A DNA stretch of 64,000 bases from an uncultured Actinomycetes bacterium. GTDB taxonomy: Bacteria; Actinomycetota; Thermoleophilia; RBG-16-64-13. The DNA lies in assembly GCA_963841735.1 (NCBI GenBank), contig CAWJDT010000001.1, positions 928,001 through 992,000 on the forward strand, written 5' to 3'. A model generated the notes under the pieces. That model searched no databases. It saw only the letters and a program-made list of their open reading frames with translations, and was not told the DNA's origin. Made by a program: the position numbers and the translations under genes. Shown in pieces: positions 29,309 through 39,216 of this stretch; within the stretch, counting starts at the first letter, position 1; each line of letters opens with the position of its first letter.

Positions 29309-30558
29309 GCGTAGCGCCTTCTGAAGAGGAACGTGGCGATGCCGAAGAAGACCAGGGAGAAGCCCAGGACCACAACCACCGGAGCGGCGATACTTGCCCA
29401 AGACCCGCCGTATAGCAGGTCGTTCCAGGCTCGTATCAGCCAGCCGAGCGGACTCACCCGCTGAACGACGGAGTAGGCCCCGTCGAGGTTCACGCCCCCG
29501 GTGAAGTTTCCGCTGATGAGGCCGAGGAACACGAAGATCGCTGAGCTCACGGCTCCGGCCTGGGCCGGCGTCTTGGCGAAGGACATCGTGAGAAGCCCCA
29601 GTGAGGCTGAGACAAGCGCGCTGGCCAAAATGAGTATCACCACTGGTCCCGGCTCGCCCCAGCGAGCCCCCAGCAGGAGCCACCCGGCTATGGTCAAGAC
29701 GACCGCCTGCACGAGAACCACCAGGAATACCGCCAGGTACTTGCCTCCCAGGATCACGCTCCGCGGCGTAGGCGTGGTGAACAGGCGGGGGAGGGTGCCC
29801 TCGCGATGCTCGTCCAAGATGCTGCGTGCGGGAGTGGCGGCGCCGAAGAGCATGAAGAAGAGCATCATGCCCACCAGCACCTGGCTGGCCACGTTGGGGT
29901 GCTTCTGATCCAGCAGGCCGGGTATCTCCGGCGCCCGCTCCGCCAGCGCGACGAGGGTATCGGTCTGCGACTTGCCGGCGTAGGCTTGGGCGGCATCTGC
30001 AGCTAGGGTGGAGAGAGTTTGGGGGTCGGTGATGCCCGCCGAGGCGGCCAACTGGGCCGTGGCGGTTGCCGCTGCCCGCGCGCCGTTGAGCGACTGAACC
30101 GCCGACCGCACGATCGCGGTCACGATGGCGGGGCCAACGTTAAGAGTGGGGTCTTTGTAGATCTGCACCGTGCCCCCGGTGGGGTTCTTACCGGTGTCGA
30201 CCAGGTCCGCTGTCAGCCCGGTGGGGATGATGACGGCCACATCGGCCTCGCCCCCGTCGACCAAAGCCCTGGCCTCCTCCGCGGTTTTGGTCTGAGTCAC
30301 CGTCAAGAGGTTGGACAGGCCGGGACCGGTGAGGACGGCCGTGAGGGTGGCTCCGGCGGCGGGTGTGCCTGTGTCCGCTCCCTGGTCGAGATCAGCTATC
30401 GCGGTCTTCACAGCCGGCAACGAGTAGCTACTTCCCGTGCCGAAAGCAGCTCCCAGAACGAAGGCCAGCAACAGAGGGGCCACCAGCATCATGGCCACAC
30501 CGGCGGGGCTGCGGTAGGTGTGCCGCAGGTCTTTCCAGGCGATACTCAGGGCGCGCAC
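29305..30558 (-). CDS. ABC-2 exporter permease
   Basis: AWKDL, E...GTL.RL.TTP and GK motifs. Confidence 0.9.
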   Translation of the reverse strand: MRALSIAWKDLRHTYRSPAGVAMMLVAPLLLAFVLGAAFGTGSSYSLPAVKTAIADLDQGADTGTPAAGATLTAVLTGPGLSNLLTVTQTKTAEEARALVDGGEADVAVIIPTGLTADLVDTGKNPTGGTVQIYKDPTLNVGPAIVTAIVRSAVQSLNGARAAATATAQLAASAGITDPQTLSTLAADAAQAYAGKSQTDTLVALAERAPEIPGLLDQKHPNVASQVLVGMMLFFMLFGAATPARSILDEHREGTLPRLFTTPTPRSVILGGKYLAVFLVVLVQAVVLTIAGWLLLGARWGEPGPVVILILASALVSASLGLLTMSFAKTPAQAGAVSSAIFVFLGLISGNFTGGVNLDGAYSVVQRVSPLGWLIRAWNDLLYGGSWASIAAPVVVVLGFSLVFFGIATFLFRRRYA

Positions 30559-30580
30559 GGCAGGGGCTCCAGTGCCTACC

Positions 30581-31528
30581 CTAGTCGCGGAGTGCTCGGC
30601 CGGTGAGGTGCAGAAACACCATTTCCAGGTTGGGTTCGGCCAGGCTGACCTCGGTGATGCGGGCGCCTGCCGCCCGGGCGCCGTCGAAGAGCCGCGGAAT
30701 CAGGGTGTTCGCGTCATCGACCCCCAGCCACATCCGTCCGTCCTCGGGCTCGGACACGGTAGAAACGCCCGGAAGGTCGCGCCACTGCCGGGCCAGGGTA
30801 TCGGCTTCACGGTCGAGGGCTAGGTCGATGCGGGTCCGCTCTCCCACCAGGCGAACGAGCTCGTCTTGGGTGCCGGTCGCTTTCATGACTCCGTGGTCCA
30901 TGATGCCGATGCGATGCGACAGTTCCTGAGCCTCTTCCATGTAGTGAGTGGTGTAGAGAACCGTGACCCCGCCCGCGTTAAGGTCTTTGATCCCATCGAG
31001 GATAGAGCGGCGGCTCTGTGGGTCGATGCCCACGGTGGGCTCGTCCAGGTAGAGTATTCTGGGCTTGTGTAAGAGGGCCGCGCCGATGTTCACCCGGCGT
31101 TTCATGCCTCCTGAGTACTTATCGACCCGGTCCTTCTGCCGGTCGAGGAGGCCTATCAGCTCTAAGACCTCATCGACACGCTTGCTGAGTTCCGCCCCGC
31201 CGAGACCATACATCCTTCCCCAGAAGAGCAGGTTCTCCCGGCCGCTCAGGTGGTCGTACAGCGCGATGTCCTGCGGCACCACTCCGATGAGGGCTTTGAC
31301 CTTCTCCGCCTCGCTGGTGACCGAGAATCCCCCCACCCTGGCTTCGCCTTTGTCAGGCTTGAGCAGGCAAGAAAGCATGGAGATCGTGGTGGTCTTTCCC
31401 GCGCCGTTTGGGCCCAGCAGGCTGAAGATCTCGCCCTCTCCGATTGAGAACGAGACCTCGTCGACAGCCACCGGCCCTTTCGGAGGGTCGAACTGCTTTC
31501 GAAGCCCTTCAACGAGAATAGCCGCCAT
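30581..31528 (-). CDS. ABC exporter ATP-binding protein (LnrL/DrrA-like)
   Basis: GPNGAGKT, YSGGMKRR, LDEPT and TTHYMEEA motifs. Confidence 0.95.
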   Translation of the reverse strand: MAAILVEGLRKQFDPPKGPVAVDEVSFSIGEGEIFSLLGPNGAGKTTTISMLSCLLKPDKGEARVGGFSVTSEAEKVKALIGVVPQDIALYDHLSGRENLLFWGRMYGLGGAELSKRVDEVLELIGLLDRQKDRVDKYSGGMKRRVNIGAALLHKPRILYLDEPTVGIDPQSRRSILDGIKDLNAGGVTVLYTTHYMEEAQELSHRIGIMDHGVMKATGTQDELVRLVGERTRIDLALDREADTLARQWRDLPGVSTVSEPEDGRMWLGVDDANTLIPRLFDGARAAGARITEVSLAEPNLEMVFLHLTGRALRD

Positions 31529-31584
31529 GCTCCCCTCGCCCTGTCGCTGCGTCGGACTACCCTGCTCTGACAGACCGCCTTGTT

Positions 31585-32964
31585 CTAGCTGAAGACTTCC
31601 TCGCGACTGGCCATGCCGTCGTGAAGCTTGAAGGCCGCGTGCAGGGCCTGGACCGCCGTGTCCGCGTCCTGTTTGCGGATCACGCAGCTGATCTTGATGG
31701 AACTGGTGGAGATCATCGCGATGTTGATGCGATTCTCGGCCAGCACCTCGAACATCTTGGCCGCGATTCCGGGGTAGGTCTTCATGCCAGCGCCGACCAG
31801 GGTGATTTTGGCCACCTCTTTGTCCAGGTCAAACGACTCGAATCCCAACTCCGGCTGGAGTGCGTCTAGGACCGTGGTGACGTTGGGCAAGTCGGCTTCG
31901 GACGCCGTGAACGAAATATCGGCTGCCCCGTCCGCCGAGACATTCTGGATGATCACGTCCACGTTGACATTGGCCCGAGCCAGGGCGGCGAAGACCTTGG
32001 CGGCCACGCCCACTCTGTCGGGCAGGTGATGGACGGTGACCTTCGCGTCGTCGAGAGCGTAGGTGATTCCAGAGATTATTGCCTGTTCCATACCTTCTTC
32101 TTCCTGTCCGATCAGGGTACCGGGGGCATTGGTGAAGCTAGAGCGCACCCACAGAGGGACATTGAAGCGGCGGGCCACTTCAATGCTGCGCAGCATCATC
32201 ACTTTGGCGCCTCCCGCGGTCAGCTCCAGCATCTCGTCGTTGGAGATGAAGTCCAGCTTGCGGGCCTCGGGAACGATGCGAGGGTCGGTAGTGTAGATGC
32301 CGTCCACATCGGTGAAGATGACACAGGCCTCGGCGCCAAGGGCCGCCGCCAGAGCGACGGCGCTGGTGTCGGAGCCGCCTCGGCCGAGCGTGGTGACGTC
32401 CTGCTCGGTGGAGACTCCCTGAAAGCCGGCCACCAGCACGATCTTGTCCTCGTCGAGGGCTTGACGGATGCGGTGCGGCCGGATATCGAGGATCTTGGCC
32501 TTGGTGTGGACGTTGTCGGTGACGATGCCGGCCTGCGACCCGGTGAGGGAGATGGCGTTGTAGCCCAGCTCGTGGATGGCCATGGCGAGGAGGGCGGCCG
32601 AGATGCGCTCGCCCGTGGAGAGGAGCATGTCCATCTCTCGGGCGGGCGGGTTGTCTGTGATCTCCCTGGCGAGCTCTATTAGTTCGTCGGTAGTGTCGCC
32701 GCGGGCGGAGACGACGGCCACCACTGGATGCCCGTCTTTGCGGGCCTCGACGATGCGGCTGGCCACCCGTTTGATGCAGGTGGCGTCTGCCACCGAGCTA
32801 CCCCCGAATTTCATCACTATGATGTTCGTTCGCTCGGACTTCGTTTCAGGTCCGCCGATAACGACGTACTGCGAGCCTAGGGCGTCTTCCGGCGCACTTG
32901 CCTGGCCGCTCTGGGGATGATCTTCGTCCGCCACCTGGATCAGCGCTCCACTTTGGTAGGTCAT
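31585..32964 (-). CDS. lysC: Aspartate kinase
   Basis: KFGGSS, TLGRGGSD and TDVDG motifs, two ACT domains, internal MEQA typical of the beta-subunit start. N-terminal start uncertain. Confidence 0.95.
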   Translation of the reverse strand: MTYQSGALIQVADEDHPQSGQASAPEDALGSQYVVIGGPETKSERTNIIVMKFGGSSVADATCIKRVASRIVEARKDGHPVVAVVSARGDTTDELIELAREITDNPPAREMDMLLSTGERISAALLAMAIHELGYNAISLTGSQAGIVTDNVHTKAKILDIRPHRIRQALDEDKIVLVAGFQGVSTEQDVTTLGRGGSDTSAVALAAALGAEACVIFTDVDGIYTTDPRIVPEARKLDFISNDEMLELTAGGAKVMMLRSIEVARRFNVPLWVRSSFTNAPGTLIGQEEEGMEQAIISGITYALDDAKVTVHHLPDRVGVAAKVFAALARANVNVDVIIQNVSADGAADISFTASEADLPNVTTVLDALQPELGFESFDLDKEVAKITLVGAGMKTYPGIAAKMFEVLAENRINIAMISTSSIKISCVIRKQDADTAVQALHAAFKLHDGMASREEVFS

Positions 32965-33041
32965 ACGGGCCGAAGAATTCTAGCTGATTTCCGCGAGCCT
33001 AACACGGTCTCGGCGGTTGATCCGACATGCCGAACCGCGCC

Positions 33042-33647
33042 TCAGAGATCTCGCCGTCCGGTGAGGGCTCGGCCCAGGGTGACCTCGTCTGCGTATTCCA
33101 GGTCTCCGCCCATGGGGAGTCCGGCGGCCGGCCGGGTGATCCGCAGCGTCCCGGCTGAGGTGAGCCCCCTCAGCTCCTCGGCGATGTAGAGAGCCGTGGC
33201 TTCTCCGGCCATGTTCGGGTTGGTGGCGACGATGACCTCGCGCACCTCACCCGTGCGCACCCGCTCGAAGAGCTCGGCAAGGTGGAGCTTCTTGGGGCCG
33301 ATGCCGTCAAGGGGGGACAGGGCGCCACCCAAGACGTGATAGAGGCCCCGGTACTCGTGGGTCCTCTCGACGCTCACGATGTCGTTCGGCTCCTCCACCA
33401 CACAGATCGCGGTGAGGTCGCGCCCCCCGTCCAAACAGATATCGCAGAGCTCTTGCTCGGTGAGGTTGAAGCACGTGGCACAGAAGTGCACCGACTCCTT
33501 GACGTCGATGAGGGCCTGAGCCAAGGGCAGCGCTTCCTGCGGAGTTAGCTTGAGCAGGTGGAACGTCAAGCGCTGAGCGGTCTTGGGCCCTATGCCCGGT
33601 AGCTTGCCCAGCTCGTCGATGAGCTTCTGGACCGTCGGGCTGAACAC
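33042..33647 (-). CDS. recR: Recombination mediator RecR
   Basis: LPGIGPKTAQR, C4 zinc finger, YHVLGG..SP and EGEAT-like motifs. Confidence 0.97.
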   Translation of the reverse strand: MFSPTVQKLIDELGKLPGIGPKTAQRLTFHLLKLTPQEALPLAQALIDVKESVHFCATCFNLTEQELCDICLDGGRDLTAICVVEEPNDIVSVERTHEYRGLYHVLGGALSPLDGIGPKKLHLAELFERVRTGEVREVIVATNPNMAGEATALYIAEELRGLTSAGTLRITRPAAGLPMGGDLEYADEVTLGRALTGRRDL

Positions 33648-33702
33648 GCGCGTACTACCGGGTCGGCTTTGAGAACCGAGCGACGGAGGGGGTCGTCACC
33701 GG

Positions 33703-34026
33703 CTAGAAGGGCAGGCCGGGGATGTTGAGGCCCGAGGTCACTCCGCCCATGCGTTTGTTGGCCAATTCTTGAGCCGAACGCAGAGCTTCGTTCGCCGCGG
33801 CAAGAATCAGGTCTTCGAGCATCTCCACGTCGTTCGGGTCGATGGCTTCGGGGTCGATCTTGATGCTCTTGAGTTCTACCGCTCCCGTGACCTGGACGGT
33901 GACCATTCCGCCGCCCGCCGAAGCTTCGACGATCTCGTTGGCGAGATCGTCCTGCACCTTGGCCATGTCGGCCTGCATCTTCTGGACCTGCTTCATCATC
34001 TTCTGATAATTGGCGTTGGGGTTCAC
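33703..34026 (-). CDS. ybaB: YbaB/EbfC nucleoid-associated protein
   Basis: AGGGMV and MLEDLI.AA.N motifs; lies between dnaX and recR. Confidence 0.95.
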   Translation of the reverse strand: MNPNANYQKMMKQVQKMQADMAKVQDDLANEIVEASAGGGMVTVQVTGAVELKSIKIDPEAIDPNDVEMLEDLILAAANEALRSAQELANKRMGGVTSGLNIPGLPF

Positions 34027-34044
34027 CGGCTTCTCCTCAGTATC

Positions 34045-35808
34045 CTAGCGGGAAGGACCGTCGTCGATGACTTCGGCGTCGAACACTTGTTTCAGTGCCC
34101 TAATCAACTCGTCGTTGCTGAGGATTCTAGCATCTTGCCCCGTAGCCGCCGCCGTCGACTCCGACTCGGTCGCCAGTCTGGTGGTTATCCTCATATCTTT
34201 GCCGGTGACCTCTTGCAGCGCCTCGCGGATCACCTTGGGGTTATCCCCGTGAGTCACTTGATTCGCCTGAAAGCTGTATCCGGCTGGGAACTCGATTACC
34301 AACTCGTTACCGTTAAGGCTCTCGGGATGTCCCTCTGCCAGCACCGCTGCCAGACTGTTCTGACGCTTGCGCACGGCCTCTACGACCACGAGCCAAGCCC
34401 GGCGGAGATGGTCCAGGTCGGGCTTCACTTTCGCCGACGCCGGATCACGGGGCGACGTGCTCGTCATGGCGTCTGCGGTGTCGCTCGTGATACCGGCCTG
34501 TGAGGCGGTGTCGGTGCTTTCGGGAGCGCTCCGTGGCGTCGCCGCGGCTGGCGCAGGGTCCGGCGCAGGGGCAGTCACGGCAGATGTGGCAGGGGCCGCC
34601 GGGGCCGGCACGGGCGGACCACCAGCTTGAAAGCGCGCAGCCGGCTCGGCAGGAGCGACCGGAGTCTGCGGAGCCATCGCCGGCTCGAGCACCTGGGTGT
34701 CTCTCGTCGGCTGCGTGCGGGCAGCGGTTACCTTGATGAGCACCAGCTCCAGCTCCAACCTGGGGTCGGATCCCTGGCGGATGGCGCGGAGTGCTTCTCC
34801 CAGAAGGTCGATGAACACCACCAGGTGAGCGGCCGAGGACTTGGCGGCCTGGCTGCGCAGGCGGTCCAGCTGCTCCTCGGTGGCGGCGATGCTCGCGGGC
34901 GTGTCGGCGGCGTGCTTGGTGACGTACAGGTCGCGCAGGTGACCGAGCAGGTCTTTGATGAACTGGCTGTAGTCGGTGCCCCCCTGGCTCAGTCGGTCCA
35001 CGAAGAGAAGCGCACCCCTGGTGTCGCCCTCGCGTACCGAGTCGACTATCTCGAAGAGCAGGTCATGCTGGACGATGCCCAAGATGTCCAGGGTCACTTC
35101 AAGGGTGATCTTGCCTCCTGAGTAGGTGGCGAGCTGGTCCAGGATGCCCAGTGCGTCGCGAAAGCTCCCGCCTGCCGCCCGAGCGATGACCAGAAGCGAC
35201 ATCTCGGGCACCTCGATAGCCTCCTGGGCCGCGACTTTGGCCAGGACCTCCACTACTTCCATGATCGAGGGCCGTCGGAAGTCGAAGCGCTGGCAGCGCG
35301 AAAGGATGGTGGCGGGCACTTTGTGCGGCTCGGTGGTGGCCAGCACGAAGACGGCGTGCACCGGGGGCTCCTCTAGCGTCTTGAGCAGCGCGTTGAACGC
35401 CTCCGGGGTGAGCATATGGACCTCGTCTACGATGTAGACCTTCATACGCCCTTCAACCGGCGAGAAGTGCACCTTGTCGCGCAGGTCGCGGATGTCGTCG
35501 ATGCCCCTGTTGGAGGCGGCGTCCATCTCCACAACGTCCATGGCGCCGCCCCTGCGGATGGCCTCGCAGTGCGGGCAGGTGCCGTCGGGTGTGGGTGTTG
35601 CCTTGCCTTGGCCCGCGTCGCAGTTGAGGGCCATGGCCAGGATCTTGGCGGTGGACGTTTTGCCTGTGCCGCGCGGTCCCGTGAACAGATAGGCATGGCT
35701 GACGCGGTCTTGCTTGATGGCGTTCACCAGCGTGCGGGCTACGTGGTCCTGCCCGATGATGTCCTCGAAGCGTGCCGGCCGGTACTTGCGATAGAGAGAG
35801 ACTGCCAT
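34045..35808 (-). CDS. dnaX: DNA polymerase III subunit gamma/tau
   Basis: LYRKYRP, GPRGTGKT, DAASN, DEVHML and SRC motifs. Confidence 0.97.
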   Translation of the reverse strand: MAVSLYRKYRPARFEDIIGQDHVARTLVNAIKQDRVSHAYLFTGPRGTGKTSTAKILAMALNCDAGQGKATPTPDGTCPHCEAIRRGGAMDVVEMDAASNRGIDDIRDLRDKVHFSPVEGRMKVYIVDEVHMLTPEAFNALLKTLEEPPVHAVFVLATTEPHKVPATILSRCQRFDFRRPSIMEVVEVLAKVAAQEAIEVPEMSLLVIARAAGGSFRDALGILDQLATYSGGKITLEVTLDILGIVQHDLLFEIVDSVREGDTRGALLFVDRLSQGGTDYSQFIKDLLGHLRDLYVTKHAADTPASIAATEEQLDRLRSQAAKSSAAHLVVFIDLLGEALRAIRQGSDPRLELELVLIKVTAARTQPTRDTQVLEPAMAPQTPVAPAEPAARFQAGGPPVPAPAAPATSAVTAPAPDPAPAAATPRSAPESTDTASQAGITSDTADAMTSTSPRDPASAKVKPDLDHLRRAWLVVVEAVRKRQNSLAAVLAEGHPESLNGNELVIEFPAGYSFQANQVTHGDNPKVIREALQEVTGKDMRITTRLATESESTAAATGQDARILSNDELIRALKQVFDAEVIDDGPSR

Positions 35809-35858
35809 GCGCCGGGGGGCTCCTTGATCCTAGCTGAAGGAGAAGTGGCGCGATTATA

Positions 35859-37607
35859 TCAGTCGTCCCGGCGGGCTCCGCGGCTGCGGCCACCGGCCTC
35901 GTTCTCCTGATCCCTGCGGAGCAGTACGTAGTGGTCGTCGCGGATGGTGTCCTCGAGACGCTGCACCTCGTCCTCGGGGAGGTCGAAGTGGCGGGCGGTG
36001 CGGCGGAAGATCTCGATGGACGTCTCGAATTCCTCGGGCACCACGTCGCTGGCTCCAAGATCGTAGAGGGGCTGCACTTCGGAGAGGAAACGGGTGCGGG
36101 CGATGATGTGAAGCGTAGGATTCAAGAGCCGCAGTTGCGTCACGATGCCGCGGGTCGCCACCGGATCGCCGATGACGACGGCCGCTGCCCTGGCTCGCTC
36201 GGCCCCGGCCTGGGTAAGCACGGCCTGGTTGGCGGCGTCGCCAAAGTGCATCGGCTCGTTTCGGGCGACCTCTTCTCGCACGGTCTGAGGATTCATCTCC
36301 ACTATGGCGTAGGGAAAGCCGAACTCGCGAGCCACCCGGGCGAGGTTCTTGCCGTTGATGCCGTAGCCGATGATGAGCAGGTGATCGGAGTGAGCACGTT
36401 TCTCGGTCACGTGGATGCGGCGCTCGGCAGTGATCCACCGCGGCAAGTGCGCTCTCGCCACCAGGCGATAGGCCCGTTCGGACTGTTTCATCACGATGGG
36501 AGTCACCGCCATGGTGAGGACCGCCACCGTCAGGACGCCTTGCCGCAGGTGTTCGGGGAGGAGCGAGTTGCTGGTGGCCACCGCCGCGAGCACGAAGGAG
36601 AACTCTCCCACCTGGCTCAGGGCTAGACCAGTCGCGAGTGATACCCGCAGGGGGTAGCGCAGTGACTGGACGGCGATCGTGCCGGTGATTGTTTTGACCA
36701 ACATCAGCCCGATAGCCCCCAGGAGCACCATCCACCAGTGGTCGGCAAGGAAGCCCGGGTTGAGGAGCATCCCTATCGAGATGAAGAAGAAGCTCACCAG
36801 AAGATTCCGGAACGGCATGACGAGACCGAGGGAGTGGTGCCCGTACTCAGATCCAGAGATTATGAGCCCTGCCAGAAACGCACCCAAGGCAAGCGACAGG
36901 CCCAGTTTGGCGGAAAGGGCGGCTACGGCGAAACAGATGGTTACCACGACCATTAGGAAGACGTCGGCGTTACGGCTCCGGGCCGCCTCGTAAAGAATCC
37001 GGGGTACCACCCATTTGGTCAATACGACAACCAGCACGACCATGCCTGCCGCGACGGCTGCGAGGAACGGTGCGCTCATCGAGATCTCGCGCTCTCCACC
37101 CCCGAGCAAGGGGAGAACCAGCATCATAGGCACGACTAGGATGTCCTGGAAAATGAGGATGCCCAGCACGTTCCTGCCCAACGGTGTGTCGATCTCGGCC
37201 CGCTCGGTCATGGTCTTGAGCACGACCGCGGTGCTGGAGAGAGCCACCAGCATTCCCAGGACCACAGCCTGAGAAGCGGGGAGGCCGAAGGCAAAGCCCA
37301 CTCCGGTCCCAGCGGCCCCAGTAAGCACCACCTGCAAAGGTCCGGCGATAAAGAGTACTCGGGCGAGACGCGCCATCCGCTTGAACGACAGCTCAAGTCC
37401 AAGCGTGAAGAGAAGGAATATCACGCCGACGTCGGCCAGCTGCTCCACGCTCTTGGGGCTATTGACCAAGCCTAGGGCGTTGGGACCGATAAGGACTCCC
37501 GCCACGAACAGCCCCACTAGGGCGGGAAAACGCAACCGGCCAAAGACGAGGGTGACCACGGCGGCCACAGCCATCACGATGATGATGTCGGTCAGCGTGC
37601 CGGTCAT
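35859..37607 (-). CDS. CPA2 cation:proton antiporter with a TrkA_N domain (KefC/YbaL-like)
   Basis: LSSTA, FQD, GAFLAG, SQVGEFSF and GYGING motifs. Confidence 0.92.
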   Translation of the reverse strand: MTGTLTDIIIVMAVAAVVTLVFGRLRFPALVGLFVAGVLIGPNALGLVNSPKSVEQLADVGVIFLLFTLGLELSFKRMARLARVLFIAGPLQVVLTGAAGTGVGFAFGLPASQAVVLGMLVALSSTAVVLKTMTERAEIDTPLGRNVLGILIFQDILVVPMMLVLPLLGGGEREISMSAPFLAAVAAGMVVLVVVLTKWVVPRILYEAARSRNADVFLMVVVTICFAVAALSAKLGLSLALGAFLAGLIISGSEYGHHSLGLVMPFRNLLVSFFFISIGMLLNPGFLADHWWMVLLGAIGLMLVKTITGTIAVQSLRYPLRVSLATGLALSQVGEFSFVLAAVATSNSLLPEHLRQGVLTVAVLTMAVTPIVMKQSERAYRLVARAHLPRWITAERRIHVTEKRAHSDHLLIIGYGINGKNLARVAREFGFPYAIVEMNPQTVREEVARNEPMHFGDAANQAVLTQAGAERARAAAVVIGDPVATRGIVTQLRLLNPTLHIIARTRFLSEVQPLYDLGASDVVPEEFETSIEIFRRTARHFDLPEDEVQRLEDTIRDDHYVLLRRDQENEAGGRSRGARRDD

Positions 37608-37637
37608 CACCCAACCATCTGTTTGAAAGTGAAAACG

Positions 37638-37903
37638 ACCGTGCACCCACCTCCGAAGACAGGCCTCCGGGCGCCCGCCGGCAGCCAGCTCAAGCCAAGC
37701 GACCCCGCGGCACATGAAAGAGTCCGCTTAGGGCTGCTACCTTCCGGTCCTGACCCGGTTCACGGAGTTCCATTGCGCGGGACCTGGCCGTCAACACCAC
37801 ACACCAGCGTCAGACCCCACAGACTCGCTCCTCGGGTGGGAATTCAGCCCCGCTAAAGCGGATTGCGGGAACAGGGCACCGCTGGCTCCCCACCTAGCAC
37901 GGT
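37638..37903 (-). ncRNA. ffs: Signal recognition particle RNA, large (Alu-containing) bacterial type
   Basis: Minus strand reads ACCGTGCTAGGTGGGGAG...GGTGCCCTG and helix 8 TCAGGACCGGAAGGTAGCAGC. Ends are complementary, length about 266 nt, and TATACT lies at 37912-37917. Confidence 0.95.
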
Positions 37904-37933
37904 CGCCCGGGAGTATACAGCAGGCAGCAAGAT

Positions 37934-38314
37934 GGCGGAGTGGGAGGGATTCGTCGCGCTTGCTTCGCAATCGCTGTCCTCGCCTCGCCTCCGGCTCGGC
38001 TCAGACCGCTCGCTACTCGACAGTCCACCGGACTGTCTCGTTGACGCTCGCGCCCTCGCGGGTTCGGAATCCAGGCCTGGTGAGAGGTACTTCCTACCCT
38101 GTCTGAGGGTCTAAGGCGGAGTGGGAGGGATTCGCCGCGCTTGCTTCGCAATCGCCGTCCTCGCCTCGCCTCTGGCTCGGCTCAGACCGCTCGCTACTCG
38201 ACAGTCCAGCGGACTGTCTCGTTGACGCTCGCGCCCTCGCGGGTTCGGAATCCAGGCCTGGTGAGAGGTACTTGCTACCCTACTTGAGAATCAAGGCGGA
38301 GTGGGAGGGATTCG
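37934..38314 (-). repeat. Two ~180-bp tandem tRNA-linked repeat units, each bounded by the 20-nt tRNA-Ser 3' end
   Basis: GGCGGAGTGGGAGGGATTCG starts at 37934, 38115 and 38295. The intervening units are nearly identical. Confidence 0.95.
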
Positions 38315-38387
38315 AACCCTCGAGACGAGTTGACCCCGCCTACACGATTTCCAGTCGTGCTCCTTCAGCCAGCTCGGACACCACTCC
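38297..38387 (-). tRNA. tRNA-Ser(GGA)
   Basis: GGAGTGG acceptor stem, CACGA-CTGGAAA-TCGTG anticodon arm, long variable arm, GGTTCGAATCC T-arm. CCA is not fully encoded (CCT). Confidence 0.97.
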
Positions 38388-38466
38388 GCGCAGCGCATTG
38401 GCCCAAAGCAGGGCGCGATTATAGCCTAAGCGGGCCGGTGATGGCCCTACGGCTCCGAGTCTGGCG

Positions 38467-39216
38467 CTAGGGCCAGGTGGGCTGTCCCCCGACCACCAGG
38501 GCCCAGGCGATCAGGGCGACCCCGGCCAGGAAGGTGCCCGGCACTACGAAGGCTCCGATGGGATCGCGCGTTACCTCAGAAGGGGGCAACGACCAGAGAC
38601 CGACCGCGCTCAGGATGACGCTCGCGACGATGGCCACGATGATCTGTTGCGCTCCCACTCCCAGGTAGACGATGACAAAGCCATACGTTGCCAGGGAGCC
38701 AATGATGAACAGTCCCCGCTGGATGCCGGCGATGCGCTGGCCCGCCCCTTGCCCGACGATGATCAGGGCTGTGGTGGCCAGGAAGAAGCCCAGGGCCAGC
38801 AGCATATAGCCCACCCGGGTGTCCAGGAAGGCGATCTTGGTGGCGAACTCCCCCCGCAAGAAGGTCTCAGGGAGCGACTGTCTGATGGCGTGAGCGGCCA
38901 CGTGCATGCCGTGTCCTATAAGGCCGATGCCCAAGCCGATCCAGAATATCCAGGCGAAAGGACTGGATAGAGCCGAGTAGACGTTCAGAGTGCCCCGGGC
39001 AGACTGGGTCAACATGAGGAACAGTCTGGCGAAGGCCAAGGAGCTCAAGGCAGGCAACAGCACCAAGAAGATCAGGTCGACGGGCCCGATGGGCCATGAT
39101 CCCTTCGGGGCCACATTCCCAGAGGTCAACCCTTGGAAGAGTATCCAGGCGACAACAGAAAGCATCAGCCAGAAAACGTTTCGGGCAACGGGGGCCGTCG
39201 TTCTCGACTGGGTCAT
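38467..39216 (-). CDS. Uncharacterised polytopic membrane protein with a GHGMHVAAH motif
   Basis: About 7 hydrophobic segments and GC3-rich codon usage. Confidence 0.7.
   Translation of the reverse strand: MTQSRTTAPVARNVFWLMLSVVAWILFQGLTSGNVAPKGSWPIGPVDLIFLVLLPALSSLAFARLFLMLTQSARGTLNVYSALSSPFAWIFWIGLGIGLIGHGMHVAAHAIRQSLPETFLRGEFATKIAFLDTRVGYMLLALGFFLATTALIIVGQGAGQRIAGIQRGLFIIGSLATYGFVIVYLGVGAQQIIVAIVASVILSAVGLWSLPPSEVTRDPIGAFVVPGTFLAGVALIAWALVVGGQPTWP

Noticed and set aside
32965-33041. Lysine riboswitch upstream of lysC
   Set aside because: The intergenic space is only about 77 bp and no L-box consensus is recognisable.
34045-35808. dnaX programmed frameshift producing the gamma subunit
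   Set aside because: No A-AAA-AAG or long A-run slippery site was seen.
37934-38314. CRISPR array (three 20-nt direct repeats at regular spacing)
   Set aside because: The repeat is the tRNA 3' end, the intervening ~160-nt segments are near-identical rather than unique, and there are no cas genes.
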